Source: an uncultured Candidatus Poseidoniales archaeon (lineage in GTDB: Archaea > Thermoplasmatota > Poseidoniia > Poseidoniales > Thalassarchaeaceae). From it: DNA of 64,000 nt. The stretch lies in contig CAZXZO010000005.1 in assembly GCA_964645485.1 (NCBI GenBank), positions 15,269-79,268 of the forward strand, in the 5' to 3' direction. The notes under the pieces were generated by a model that was given only the letters and a program-made list of their open reading frames with translations, was not told the DNA's origin and did no database searches. Below, in pieces: positions 38,003-48,428 of this stretch (positions are counted from its first letter, which is position 1; every line of letters begins with the position of its first letter). A program made the translations under genes and the position numbers.

Positions 38003-38995
38003 CTAGAAAATCTCAGGATTCAGCATTGATTTTGGTTTTCTACCGTCTAAGAAATCAACTAACAAAGCAGCCATCTCTTCGCCAATTCTAGATTGTGCCT
38101 CAATTGTTGCGGCACCAATGTGTGGGGTGCCGTGAAAGTTTTTGTGATGCACAATTGGGTTGTCTAAAGCAGGTTCTTCTTCAAACACATCAAGTGCGGC
38201 AGAGGCAACTATTCCTGACTCTAAGGCTTCCAATAATGCAACTTCATCAACAATTCCACCACGGGCACAATTTACGATATGGTTGCCACAAGGGACGTTG
38301 TCGATGCCAATCCCAGGCATCATTTTCATTCTTTCAGCATTAACCAAGTGATGGGTTTCAGCAGTAAGGTTACAGTGAATTGAGATATGAGTACACAATC
38401 GAAACACTTCATCAATTTCATCGTGTAATTGACAGTGCTTATCCGCTGCCACTTCTGCGCGGAGATACGGGTCATAGGTATGGAGAGTCATTCCTAATGA
38501 TCGAGCTGCTCGGCCAACTCCTTGGGCAATTCTTCCAAAGCCAATCAAGCCTAACCTTTTGCCTGATAATTCAGTTCCTCGGAGTTGCTTTTTTTCCCAT
38601 TTTCCTTCTCTCAATGTTCGGTCTCCGGTTGTGATGTGTCTAGCACATGCGAGCAGATGTCCAATAGTCAACTCAACAACTGCATGTGTAGAAGCACCCG
38701 GCGTATTACAAACTGCGACTTTATTTTTGGTTGCAAATGCTAAGTCAATGTTGTCTATACCTACACCTGCTCGACCTATCAGTCTCAGTTTGCCGTTTTT
38801 CCCACTAGAATTTTTTATGACTTTTTCAGTCAATTTTGTTGCACTTCTAATTACTACTGCGTCAAATTCCGATAAAACCCCAGATTCTAATTCATCAGTG
38901 GAATAATGTTTCAATACAATTTCATGGCCTTTTTCTTGTAGATGATTTACAGCGGTTTCATCCATGCCATCTGTTACAGCAATTCTTCCCATCAT
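38003..38995 (-). CDS. serA: D-3-phosphoglycerate dehydrogenase-like D-2-hydroxyacid dehydrogenase (no ACT domain)
   Basis: IRSATK, RAGVGIDNID, GFGRIA, NCARGGIVDE, LDVFEEEP and TPHIGAAT. Confidence 0.75.
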   Translation of the reverse strand: MMGRIAVTDGMDETAVNHLQEKGHEIVLKHYSTDELESGVLSEFDAVVIRSATKLTEKVIKNSSGKNGKLRLIGRAGVGIDNIDLAFATKNKVAVCNTPGASTHAVVELTIGHLLACARHITTGDRTLREGKWEKKQLRGTELSGKRLGLIGFGRIAQGVGRAARSLGMTLHTYDPYLRAEVAADKHCQLHDEIDEVFRLCTHISIHCNLTAETHHLVNAERMKMMPGIGIDNVPCGNHIVNCARGGIVDEVALLEALESGIVASAALDVFEEEPALDNPIVHHKNFHGTPHIGAATIEAQSRIGEEMAALLVDFLDGRKPKSMLNPEIF

Positions 38996-39102
38996 TTAGT
39001 GGCAATACTAGGGGTGACATCAAGATTGCTAAAGAACTGTTCACATAATGAAAGCAAGAATTGATATTGGGGGTCCTCTGATTGGCGGATTAGGGATGAA
39101 CT

Positions 39103-39702
39103 ATGACCTTTGAATTACCTGAACTTGGATATGATTATGATGCGCTAGAACCTCACTTAGACGCACTAACTATGGAAATACACCACAGCAAACACCACAA
39201 TGGTTACACCAACAATCTAAACGGTGCTGTTTCTGGTACAGAAATGGAAGGGAAAACGATTGAAGATTTGTTGGCAAATCACACAGACAATTTGGCAGTT
39301 AGGAACAACGGTGGCGGCTTCTGGAATCATCGATTATTCTGGAATCTCATGTCTCCAAATGGAGGTGGGAATCCAACAGGTGCTGTTGCAGATGCAATCG
39401 ATTCCGCATTTGGTTCATTTGATGAGATGAAAGCCCAATTCACAAAAGCCGCAGTAACCCGATTCGGCAGCGGCTGGGCATGGCTTTCAGTTTCTGCTGA
39501 GGGTTCACTAGTTATTTCATCAACACCCAATCAAGATAATCCACTCATGGATGGAAGCGGCTCGCCAATTTTGGCAGTCGATGTTTGGGAGCACGCATAT
39601 TACAAGAAATTCGGGCCTGGTAGAGGAGATTATCTTGCAGCATGGTGGAATGTTGTTAATTGGGATGCTGTTAGTGATTTATACCACTCTGCACTGCAAT
39701 AA
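39103..39702 (+). CDS. sodA: Fe/Mn superoxide dismutase (Mn-type signature)
   Basis: [25 protein letters not shown] and DVWEHAYY. Confidence 0.93.
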   Translation: MTFELPELGYDYDALEPHLDALTMEIHHSKHHNGYTNNLNGAVSGTEMEGKTIEDLLANHTDNLAVRNNGGGFWNHRLFWNLMSPNGGGNPTGAVADAIDSAFGSFDEMKAQFTKAAVTRFGSGWAWLSVSAEGSLVISSTPNQDNPLMDGSGSPILAVDVWEHAYYKKFGPGRGDYLAAWWNVVNWDAVSDLYHSALQ

Positions 39703-39799
39703 ATGTGGATTCTGGAAAAAGTAAAGAACCCTGAAATATAGTAATTTTATCTCAACATTGACCGACCGCTTCATGAAGTGAAGCAATGGACCATACATT

Positions 39800-41017
39800 G
39801 TGAATTGGTCTGCGGATGACCCTAGCACCCTTGCAGTGGTGGTGATTTTACTAGTATCTCCAATCTTACTTGTTATTCCCTCACAGAGGTTGTGGAGGAG
39901 ACTCGTATTGAAGTCTGAGAAACACATTAAATACAGAAAAATCGTAAAAGGAATCCTTACTCATGGCTATCCTTTGCAAATATTTAGGGCATCTCTAGAC
40001 AAAACTGCCAGGGGTTTCAAATTAGATAAGAAGGAGCAAGGAAGGTTGGAAAGTGACATTCTCTATCCTTTGAATACTTTGCATTTTCTAATTTTACCTT
40101 CAATGATTTTATGGCCAATACTCTCTATTTTTGCTGTTTTTTTGATATTACCACTGATTCCATTGCTTCGATTCACAGAATGGGTAATGATTGACAAAGG
40201 AGTTCTTGCCTGGATTGTGAAAGTGATAAAGAAATACACTAACTGGCAATTAATTGGCGTCCCAAAGTTATCTCGAGACGCGCGTAAGGGCGATGTTTGG
40301 ATTCACGCTTTACATAGGATGCCAACAACTGTTCTCTTAGGTTTGTTCGCATATTTAGTCGTACATTATTTGGATTTTCTTCCAGATATATTCGCTTTAG
40401 CGATAGCTGGAGTTATCTATTTGTTATTGGCTTCTCTTGCAATAATTACGGCAGTAGCGATTGATGGAGAGTTAGCGTTCGCTGATAATGCACAGAGAAG
40501 GATAATTCCACTCGAGGCGATTCTACAAGATTTGTTGACGCCGGTTGTTGGTGCTGGATTACTTGTCCTTATTGTTCGCCAAGTTTTCCTAACTATCAAT
40601 TATCCTGGAGTTGGTTTACATGACCCAATCATTTTTGCAATTTCGATAATGGTTGTTCTTTACACAGCTACTATTGTTGGTGCCCTGATTGAATGGGCTG
40701 TTGGCAGACGAGGTAAGATAATTCGTAATTCTTTCCATAAACGCTTGATTGATGACGAGAACCCTGAACTTTATTCCTTCACTCGAAATAAAGATGGAAG
40801 CCTAAATCTGAGAAAAATTTGCATGCTTGAGGAATTCTTCATCAATGACCACCGATTCCCTGAGCAGTCATTAGAGGCATCAATCAGGTTTGAGGATTTA
40901 ATGGCGTTACCTTCTCTAGTTGAGGAAGGTGTGGTGACTTTACCACCCAAAAAACCTGAGAGAAAAACTTCTGCGGTTCTAGGAGTAACTACCCCTGAAA
41001 ACAATGCAGATGAGTGA
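39800..41017 (+). CDS. Hypothetical polytopic membrane protein
   Basis: A 405-aa ORF with about 7 hydrophobic segments. No family recognised. Confidence 0.65.
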   Translation: MNWSADDPSTLAVVVILLVSPILLVIPSQRLWRRLVLKSEKHIKYRKIVKGILTHGYPLQIFRASLDKTARGFKLDKKEQGRLESDILYPLNTLHFLILPSMILWPILSIFAVFLILPLIPLLRFTEWVMIDKGVLAWIVKVIKKYTNWQLIGVPKLSRDARKGDVWIHALHRMPTTVLLGLFAYLVVHYLDFLPDIFALAIAGVIYLLLASLAIITAVAIDGELAFADNAQRRIIPLEAILQDLLTPVVGAGLLVLIVRQVFLTINYPGVGLHDPIIFAISIMVVLYTATIVGALIEWAVGRRGKIIRNSFHKRLIDDENPELYSFTRNKDGSLNLRKICMLEEFFINDHRFPEQSLEASIRFEDLMALPSLVEEGVVTLPPKKPERKTSAVLGVTTPENNADE

Positions 41018-41029
41018 TTGTGTTTTGTC

Positions 41030-41422
41030 TTAACTAAAACTACTGCCACAACTACAAGCCTTCGAAGCATTTGGATTCTCAATCTTGAATCCGCCACCCA
41101 TGAGAGAATCTTGGAAATCAACTACGATGCCAGAAAGTAAACTGCTGTCAAAATCGGAAATTGCAATTGGGATTCCACTTACATCACCAAATTGGTGCCC
41201 TAATTGTTCGGGTTTATCACCAATTTGCATATCATACAGGTATCCTGAACATCCGCCGCGATGAACAGCAAGGGTCAGGACCACATCGCCAGGTTCAGAA
41301 TTGAATATCTCCCTGAGTTTATTGGCTGCAATATCTGTCAAAATCACATCAAGTGGTACGATTTCAAATTCTTCTCCCTCACTTGTTTCGGAGAGCACCC
41401 CACTATTTGCCGGACAATCCAT
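41030..41422 (-). CDS. A-type Fe-S carrier (HesB/IscA/ErpA family)
   Basis: GGCSGYLY, FKIENPNA and CSCGSSF. Confidence 0.92.
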   Translation of the reverse strand: MDCPANSGVLSETSEGEEFEIVPLDVILTDIAANKLREIFNSEPGDVVLTLAVHRGGCSGYLYDMQIGDKPEQLGHQFGDVSGIPIAISDFDSSLLSGIVVDFQDSLMGGGFKIENPNASKACSCGSSFS

Positions 41423-41452
41423 GTTACTCCCTACCTCTGATGGTTGATTAAT

Positions 41453-42826
41453 TCATGCATCTATTTTGTCAAAAATGATGTCTATACAACAATGTTGGTT
41501 ATCTTCACCAGTGCATTGTCTTTCTACAGCAGCAGTTTTGACACCAAACATGGTTTCGACTATACCCTCAAGTATACCCTCATCTAAATGACAGAATGGT
41601 CCCCCGAATTGAGGTGCTTGTCCACAAGAACCCGCATCGTGAATTTTTATTGATCGAGGTGGGTCTCCTATAATTTCCATTTCCCCCATTCCCATTTCAG
41701 CCCATTCTTTGGTGAGATGATCCCAAAATTCTTTGTCTGTTCGAGTGGTATCTTTGGTATTTGTGACTATTTCTTCACCTATTCTGTGACCTACAGTTCG
41801 CATCAAATCTGAGACGTCTATTCCAAGCAATTCAAGTTCGGGAAGATTGGGCTGTGAGGTGAGGTATTCATCTCCTCGGCGAAGTATCGCATTTGTCCAA
41901 TTTTCATTATCTGGATGTTGGTCTTGAAGGTCTCGTGCAACAATCTCTTTGAATCTTCTATAGAATGAGCCGGCACCTAGATTAATTTGTAATGGTTCAG
42001 TACTTTCACCCAATTCTACGAAAGTTTTTGCTGTAGATATTGGAGTTGCGTTTTTCCAAGTTGCAGTTATCAAGTCGGTTTGAGCAGAAAGGAATTCAGG
42101 TGCTTCTATGATAAGAGCGGCATCTTCTTTTCCTCGTCCAACTGGATTTGTCTCCATAGATACATTTTGTACAGCAACATCGCCGTCTACGATGCAGCCA
42201 TGCATCGAGACTGATTCACTGTGTCTAATTTCGACTGCGGAATCTAATTGTTCATAGAATTTTAAAGTGCTTTTATCGAGGCAAGCGAGTACTTTCACAC
42301 TAACGCCTCTTGCAGCAGCATCATTAGCAGCCTTCAAAGCACCAGTTTTCACAAGATGTAGGATGCCATATTTGCCAATGATTAACCAGACTGATGACTC
42401 TGCATCATCAATAATTCTCTCCATTGCTGCTTGAATGTAACTTCGTTCTTTTACAACTGAAAAACTCGGTTCCTTTAACGTCGGGACGTGTGATGTGATC
42501 ACATTTTTCCCTTCATTAAATTCGTCATAATGGGCTTTGATACGACGTAACTCTTGCTCCTCATGATTGATTAATTGTTGAAAGATTTCTGTTATTGATA
42601 AGCCTGTAAAGCGCATTGGTTTATCCAGTGTGGCCATAACTAATCCACGTTCTTGTAATCGTTTCAAAGTGTTATACGAGTCCATTCGACTGATGCCAAT
42701 TTCCTTGCCAACCTCACTTGCTTTCAGAGGTGAGGATGTTGAAAGCAGAATCACTACATGGGCCTCTTTTTCTTCCAATCCGATGTCAATCAACCGGGTG
42801 TGAAGGGGGGAAGAGCCGCCATCCAT
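41453..42826 (-). CDS. TrmB-family transcription regulator with C-terminal V4R domain
   Basis: wHTH LKASEVGKEIGISRMDSYNTLKRLQERGLV, a PLD-like middle domain (SMHGCIVD), and V4R CHLDEGILEGIV...CTGEDNQHC. Confidence 0.8.
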   Translation of the reverse strand: MDGGSSPLHTRLIDIGLEEKEAHVVILLSTSSPLKASEVGKEIGISRMDSYNTLKRLQERGLVMATLDKPMRFTGLSITEIFQQLINHEEQELRRIKAHYDEFNEGKNVITSHVPTLKEPSFSVVKERSYIQAAMERIIDDAESSVWLIIGKYGILHLVKTGALKAANDAAARGVSVKVLACLDKSTLKFYEQLDSAVEIRHSESVSMHGCIVDGDVAVQNVSMETNPVGRGKEDAALIIEAPEFLSAQTDLITATWKNATPISTAKTFVELGESTEPLQINLGAGSFYRRFKEIVARDLQDQHPDNENWTNAILRRGDEYLTSQPNLPELELLGIDVSDLMRTVGHRIGEEIVTNTKDTTRTDKEFWDHLTKEWAEMGMGEMEIIGDPPRSIKIHDAGSCGQAPQFGGPFCHLDEGILEGIVETMFGVKTAAVERQCTGEDNQHCCIDIIFDKIDA

Positions 42827-42917
42827 GGTGATGGCCGACCATTCAACTGATTTGAACCAATTGATATCTTGTCAATTTCTGACGAAGCATTAAGTTGTAG
42901 AATACATACAGCATATT

Positions 42918-43721
42918 GTGACCCAAGAGGCGACCAAGACAACGCCTATCCAAGTTTGGACGGAAGGCGAATTATCTACTAGTAAGGATTCACTTGTTAG
43001 CGAGGCTGCCCTAGAAATAATCATCGAAATTGGATCCGAACAGAAAAAATTAGGGATTTTGTTGCGAACACCTGGGGAAGATGCAGAATTAGTTACCGGT
43101 TGGCTTCTTGGAGAGGCAATAATCCAATCTAAGTCATCAATATTGAGTGTTGAGTCTTCAGTTGACCAAATTGTAGTGAGGATGGACCCAAAAAACTTTG
43201 ATTTGTCTGATTTTAATGAGCGCAAATTTCCCATCACGTCAAGTTGTGGTTTGTGTGGCCGTGAATCACTTGATGAGTTGATAATTCCTAGCCGCCTAAC
43301 AATATCTGATGAAAAGTGGGTATCTCCAGAGGTTCTAACAAAGTTGCCCCAAAAACTTACTGAGTCTCAAGACCATTTCAAAACCACAGGTGGATTACAC
43401 GCCTGTGCAATTTTTGATTTTGAAGGCAATTTAATCTCACTTCGAGAAGATGTTGGGAGACACAATGCATTGGACAAATTAATTGGTTCAATGTTAATTG
43501 CAGATGAATTACCCGCTGAAAAGCAAATTCTTATGCTATCGGGGAGAATTGGTTACGAATTGATACAAAAAGCAGCTTTGGCGGGAATCCCAGCAATCGC
43601 TGGACTTGGCGCCCCTTCAACTATGGCAGTTGATGGGGCAAGGTCAGCGGGATTGACATTGGTTGGCTTCTTGAAACCAAATAGATTCAACGTCTATTCA
43701 GGTGGGTGGAGAGTAGTATGA
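42918..43721 (+). CDS. fdhD: Formate dehydrogenase accessory sulfurtransferase
   Basis: SSCGLCG, TGGLHA, EDVGRHNALDKLIG, SGRIGYELIQKA and APSTMAV. Confidence 0.93.
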   Translation: MTQEATKTTPIQVWTEGELSTSKDSLVSEAALEIIIEIGSEQKKLGILLRTPGEDAELVTGWLLGEAIIQSKSSILSVESSVDQIVVRMDPKNFDLSDFNERKFPITSSCGLCGRESLDELIIPSRLTISDEKWVSPEVLTKLPQKLTESQDHFKTTGGLHACAIFDFEGNLISLREDVGRHNALDKLIGSMLIADELPAEKQILMLSGRIGYELIQKAALAGIPAIAGLGAPSTMAVDGARSAGLTLVGFLKPNRFNVYSGGWRVV

Positions 43722-43766
43722 ACGGGGCACTCAGATTCATCTAAAAATGGAGATTTACAGTAGGGC

Positions 43767-43804
43767 ACTCCACGAACATTGACAAAGCCGAAGGCTTTGG
43801 GAGT
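43767..43804 (+). promoter_or_regulatory. Two-tier hairpin in the fdhD-FDH intergenic region
   Basis: The inner stem is CAAAGCC-GAA-GGCTTTG and the outer stem is ACTCC/GGAGT. Confidence 0.35.
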
Positions 43805-43842
43805 AACATAGCAACTTGTAATATTTCAGATGAGGTGAATGG

Positions 43843-45711
43843 ATGACGAGTGACAATAACGGTTGGAACCCTGAGCAACCAGGTCACTTATTGCTTCATC
43901 AATTACGGTCTGAAATTCAAGAAAATGGGACTTTATCGACCGAAAGAATAGGTGAAATTGCGTTCCAATATGGTACTACTCCTGCCAAAGTTAGGGGGGC
44001 GATTGGGTACTATAGTGAATTAAAACAAGAGAAGCACACGGTAAGGGTCTGCATTGGTGAGTCATGTCGTTCAAAAGGGTCTCAAAATACGATTTCCGTT
44101 CTCGAGGCTGAGGGTGAGATAGTTGGGAAACTACACTGTGCTGGACTTTGTCCAACTGGTGTCGCTGTCCTATATGATGACAATCCTAAGATCTGTAAAT
44201 CACAAATCGGAGAAGGATTGGAATTGTTTCTAAGCAGCGATAGTGCATCAGTTGCAATGGGTGCTGAAAAAATTGCGGAAGAAATACTGGAAAATGATTC
44301 TGGAATTTTTTCTTTGACTAGAACTGGAAGTAGAGGTTTATATCACCTTGAACCAATATTGGAAGTCAATATTGAGGGTGAGAGGCACGGATTTGGACCA
44401 TTAGAGTGTGCCGACGTCTTGGATGTTCTAAATTCTATATTGGATGGTAACCCACAATCTCACTCACTTTATCTTGGTGACATCAACAAACACCCCGAAA
44501 TGGTTAATCAACAAAGATTTGCTATGGCTAGATTGGGTGTTTGTGATCCATTCGATTTACAATCTCAACAAGCACATGGTGCATACGAGGGATTGGCTAT
44601 GGCGGAAAAGATTGGCTCAGAAGGGGTACTTTCTGCCCTGGAATCTGCTGGACTTCGAGGTCGAGGTGGTGCTGGCTTCCCAACTCATTTCAAATGGACT
44701 GCTGCTGCACGTGAACGTGACCCGACAAAACATGTAGTTGCAAATGCTGATGAAGGCGATGCTGGCACTTTCATTGATAGGATGATTATGGAAGGAGACC
44801 CGCACGCTCTAATTGAGGGAATGGTGATATGCGCCCTTACTATTGGTGCCACTGATGGTTGGGTGTATTTGCGAAGTGAGTATCCTGATGCAAAAAGGAC
44901 TCTGCAAGCAGCAATAGATTCTGCCCGTGAGGAAGGCATCCTAGGCCCGAATTTTGATATCACAATTGCCGTTGGTGCAGGTTCATATGTTTGTGGTGAA
45001 GAAACAGCATTGCTCGAAAGTCTTGAAGGAAAGCGCGGTGAAGTGAGAGCCCGTCCACCATACCCGGCAGAAAAAGGATTATTTGGGCACCCTACAATCG
45101 TCAATAATGTGCTAACTTTTTCACTTGTATCATCAATTCTGAGAGAAGGTGCAGATACTTATGCTGCATTGGGTACAGAATCTAGCAAAGGTACTGTAGT
45201 CGCACAATTAGTTGGCGATACTCAAAAGCCAACCTGTGTTGAAGTCCCATTTGGTGGTACAGTCAAAGAATTGTTCGAAACCCATTCATCACTTGAGGGG
45301 GTTACAGCAGTTCAGGTCGGCGGCCCACTTGGTTCAGTATTCAAAGTAGAGGATTTAGAAAACATGGAACTTTCATTTGAAGGGCTAACAAATTCTGGTG
45401 GGATATTGGGCCACGGAGGCTTTGTTTGCTATGGCTCAGATTTTGACCCTCGCTCAGAGGTAATAGATTGGATGACCTTCTTTAGAGACGAAAGTTGTGG
45501 TAAGTGTACACCATGCCGTATTGGTACACAAAGGGCTCTAGAATTGTTGCAACGTATCGGCACAGATGAAGAAAAGCCAGGGGATAGAGATTTGTTAAAT
45601 GACTTGGATGATGTGATGAGTTCTACTTCTTTGTGCGCTTTAGGTGGTTTAGCAATGAACCCAGTACGTTCTTCAATGACACTATGGCCTGATGCATTTG
45701 GAGGCGAATGA
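43843..45711 (+). CDS. NAD-dependent formate dehydrogenase, fused gamma (NuoE-like) and beta (NuoF-like) subunit
   Basis: N-terminal 2Fe-2S CIGESC...CAGLC, FdsB-like TGSRGLYHLEP, LRGRGGAGFPT, NADEGD, YVCGEETALL, VQVGGPLG and ESCGKCTPCRIG...C. Confidence 0.85.
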   Translation: MTSDNNGWNPEQPGHLLLHQLRSEIQENGTLSTERIGEIAFQYGTTPAKVRGAIGYYSELKQEKHTVRVCIGESCRSKGSQNTISVLEAEGEIVGKLHCAGLCPTGVAVLYDDNPKICKSQIGEGLELFLSSDSASVAMGAEKIAEEILENDSGIFSLTRTGSRGLYHLEPILEVNIEGERHGFGPLECADVLDVLNSILDGNPQSHSLYLGDINKHPEMVNQQRFAMARLGVCDPFDLQSQQAHGAYEGLAMAEKIGSEGVLSALESAGLRGRGGAGFPTHFKWTAAARERDPTKHVVANADEGDAGTFIDRMIMEGDPHALIEGMVICALTIGATDGWVYLRSEYPDAKRTLQAAIDSAREEGILGPNFDITIAVGAGSYVCGEETALLESLEGKRGEVRARPPYPAEKGLFGHPTIVNNVLTFSLVSSILREGADTYAALGTESSKGTVVAQLVGDTQKPTCVEVPFGGTVKELFETHSSLEGVTAVQVGGPLGSVFKVEDLENMELSFEGLTNSGGILGHGGFVCYGSDFDPRSEVIDWMTFFRDESCGKCTPCRIGTQRALELLQRIGTDEEKPGDRDLLNDLDDVMSSTSLCALGGLAMNPVRSSMTLWPDAFGGE

Positions 45712-45712
45712 A

Positions 45713-48412
45713 ATGAGTGACACCTTTTCAATGTCGATTAATGGCAATAATTTGCTAGGTCGCCAAGGACAGACTGTCATGGAAGTCGCTAGAGATAACG
45801 GAATTAGCATTCCAAGTTTGTGTGACTCTCCACACTTGAATTCATTTGGTTCCTGCAGATTGTGTGTTATTGAAATTGATGGACAACAAGGGACTCCATC
45901 TTCATGTACAACTCCAGCCCGTGAAGGCATGGATGTTAGTACAAATTCAGAGCGCCTGTGGAATCTTAGAAGAGGGATTACTGAACTGTATGTAAGTGAG
46001 CACCCACTTGATTGTTTAACTTGTACAGCAAATGGTGATTGTGAGTTGCAGGATATTGCTGGCGAAGTGGGGCTACGGGACATTCGATTTGATAACACCC
46101 CTGATTGTGCAGATGTGCCGATTGACAGATCAAATCCATTCTTTTCATTTGATGCAAGCAAGTGTATTGTTTGCTCTAGATGTGTACGTGCTTGTGATGA
46201 TATCCAAGCCACCCATGCCTTGTCTATAGATGGACGAGGGTTCTTCAGTAGAATAATTGCAGGTGCGGATGTTCCATTCATGGCATCGGATTGCGTTTCC
46301 TGTGGAGCATGTGTGGATGAGTGCCCTGTGGGTGCTCTAGAAGATACAGTAGAGCGCTCTTTCGGGGTTCCAGATAATTGGGTTCGAACGACATGTGCAT
46401 TTTGTGGAGTTGGCTGTCAATTTGATGCTGGGACTAAGGGTGGAAAATTAGTCACCATGAAAGCGGCGGCCGATTCTCCAGTGAATCAGGGGCATTCCTG
46501 TGTCAAGGGTAGGTTTGCCTCTGCTTATGTGCATCATTCCGATAGGTTGAAATCGCCTATGATTAGAAACTCGACTGATGAAGAATTCCGCGAAGTCGGT
46601 TGGGATGAAGCATATTCTTTTATCGCTGAAAGATTACAATCAACAAAGGAGAAATATGGTCCTGATTCCATTGGAATAATTACTTCCTCACGTTCAACGA
46701 ATGAATTAAATTATCTTGGCTCCAAATTTATGAGGGCTGTGGTTGGTACAAACAATGTAGATAATTGTGCAAGAGTTTGTCATTCTGCAACCGTGAAAGG
46801 AATGATGACAGTGTTTGGTGCGGGAGCAGGGACCAACAGTCTAGGAGATATTGATGTTACAGACCTTCTTCTTGCATCCGGATGTAATCCAATACATGGT
46901 CATCCAGTAACTGGGTCAAGAATCAGAAGAGCTCGTAAACGCGGTATGGGCCTGATTGTTGCTGACCCCAAAGAAACTGAAATTGCTAAAATGGCTGATA
47001 TCCATTTGCAATTACGGCCAGGCACAAATGTCGCTCTTTACCAAGGGATGGCTCACATAATTATCCGTGATAACTTACAAGCAAGTGAAGAATGGATGAA
47101 CACACGCACTGAGAATTTACAACCATTCAAGGATATGGTTAGTGAGATGACTCCAAGTGTTTGTGAGGAGATTACTACTGTACCCGCTGCCACACTTGAA
47201 GCAGCAGCAAGATTGTATGCGACTGCAAAAACAGCAATGTCAGTTCATGGATTAGGTATGACTGAGCACAGTCATGGTTCAGAAGGTGTCATGGCTTTGT
47301 CTAGTTTAGCACTCTTAACTGGAAATGTTGGCAAGCCGGGAACTGGAATAAATCCACTTCGAGGCCAAAATAATGTTCAAGGTTCTTGCGACATGGGTGC
47401 ATTACCAAATGTTTTGACAAATTATCAACCCGTGACTGATGCCAAAGTAAGGGAATCATTTCAAGAAACTTGGGGGGTAAAGTTAGCGGCTGAACCCGGG
47501 TTAACTTATCCAGAAATGATTGATAATTCGTTAGATGACAAATTCCATGCATTATACATGATAGGATCCGACATCGCTCACACTGACCCAGACAATACAA
47601 GGGTCCAGAGAGGATTGTCAAAACTCGATTTGTTGGTGGTACAGGATATTTTCCATTGTGAGTCGGCAAACTTTGCTCATGTGGTACTTCCTGCTGCATC
47701 ATTCTTGGAATCTGATGGCACTTATACAAACGGAGAAAGGAGAGTTCAGAGGATTAGGAAGGCGATTGAACCTCCAGGGCTTGCAAAACAAGATTGGATT
47801 ATTGTTGCCGAGTTAGCAGAATACATGGGGCATCCAATCATTTCCTCAAATAATGTATCAGATATATGGGATGAGTTAGCAAGTTTGACTCCGAATTTTA
47901 AGGGCATTTCTTATGCTAGACTTGAGAGTGCAGAAGCGGTACAATGGCCGGCTCCTAGTGTTGACCATCCGGGAACAAATGTGATGCATATTGATGAGTT
48001 CTCAAGAGGTTTGGGTCACTTTTCAGCGCCAGAATTCGCTGAACCAGATGAGCAAGCATCAGAAGATTATCCATTTATCTTAGTCACTGGGAGAAACATA
48101 TTCCATTACAACTCTGGAACTCAAACTAGACGTACGGGATTGAACGAATTTATGGAAACAGATTACTTGGAAATGCATCCAAAGGACGCTCAAAGACTCG
48201 GATTTTCTGAAGGCGATGAAGTGATGCTTGCAAGTCCTCGAAATAAAATCAAAATGATTCTAAAATTAAGCGACGAGGTGAGAGTTGGTAACCTGTTTAC
48301 AACATTCCATTTCCCTGATGTAGGAGTCAATTCTGTGCTCAGTTCTTCTGCTGACCACTTAACTAAGTGTCCAGAATACAAAGTGCAAGCAGTTGCAATT
48401 TTGCCTGCCTAA
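45713..48412 (+). CDS. fdhF: Molybdopterin formate dehydrogenase alpha subunit (FdhF/FdsA-type)
   Basis: N-terminal Fe-S motifs (CRLC, HPLDCLTC, CIVCSRC, CVSCGAC, CAFCGVGC), active-site DNCARVCHS, LRGQNNVQG and TKCPEYK. GGAGG precedes the ATG at 45713. Confidence 0.92.
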   Translation: MSDTFSMSINGNNLLGRQGQTVMEVARDNGISIPSLCDSPHLNSFGSCRLCVIEIDGQQGTPSSCTTPAREGMDVSTNSERLWNLRRGITELYVSEHPLDCLTCTANGDCELQDIAGEVGLRDIRFDNTPDCADVPIDRSNPFFSFDASKCIVCSRCVRACDDIQATHALSIDGRGFFSRIIAGADVPFMASDCVSCGACVDECPVGALEDTVERSFGVPDNWVRTTCAFCGVGCQFDAGTKGGKLVTMKAAADSPVNQGHSCVKGRFASAYVHHSDRLKSPMIRNSTDEEFREVGWDEAYSFIAERLQSTKEKYGPDSIGIITSSRSTNELNYLGSKFMRAVVGTNNVDNCARVCHSATVKGMMTVFGAGAGTNSLGDIDVTDLLLASGCNPIHGHPVTGSRIRRARKRGMGLIVADPKETEIAKMADIHLQLRPGTNVALYQGMAHIIIRDNLQASEEWMNTRTENLQPFKDMVSEMTPSVCEEITTVPAATLEAAARLYATAKTAMSVHGLGMTEHSHGSEGVMALSSLALLTGNVGKPGTGINPLRGQNNVQGSCDMGALPNVLTNYQPVTDAKVRESFQETWGVKLAAEPGLTYPEMIDNSLDDKFHALYMIGSDIAHTDPDNTRVQRGLSKLDLLVVQDIFHCESANFAHVVLPAASFLESDGTYTNGERRVQRIRKAIEPPGLAKQDWIIVAELAEYMGHPIISSNNVSDIWDELASLTPNFKGISYARLESAEAVQWPAPSVDHPGTNVMHIDEFSRGLGHFSAPEFAEPDEQASEDYPFILVTGRNIFHYNSGTQTRRTGLNEFMETDYLEMHPKDAQRLGFSEGDEVMLASPRNKIKMILKLSDEVRVGNLFTTFHFPDVGVNSVLSSSADHLTKCPEYKVQAVAILPA

Positions 48413-48428
48413 ATTACAATTTTAGCAC

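Noticed and set aside
42839-42866. tRNA-like T-loop GGTTCAAATC on the minus strand
   Set aside because: No proper T-stem, acceptor stem or anticodon arm is present. It is better read as a promoter element.
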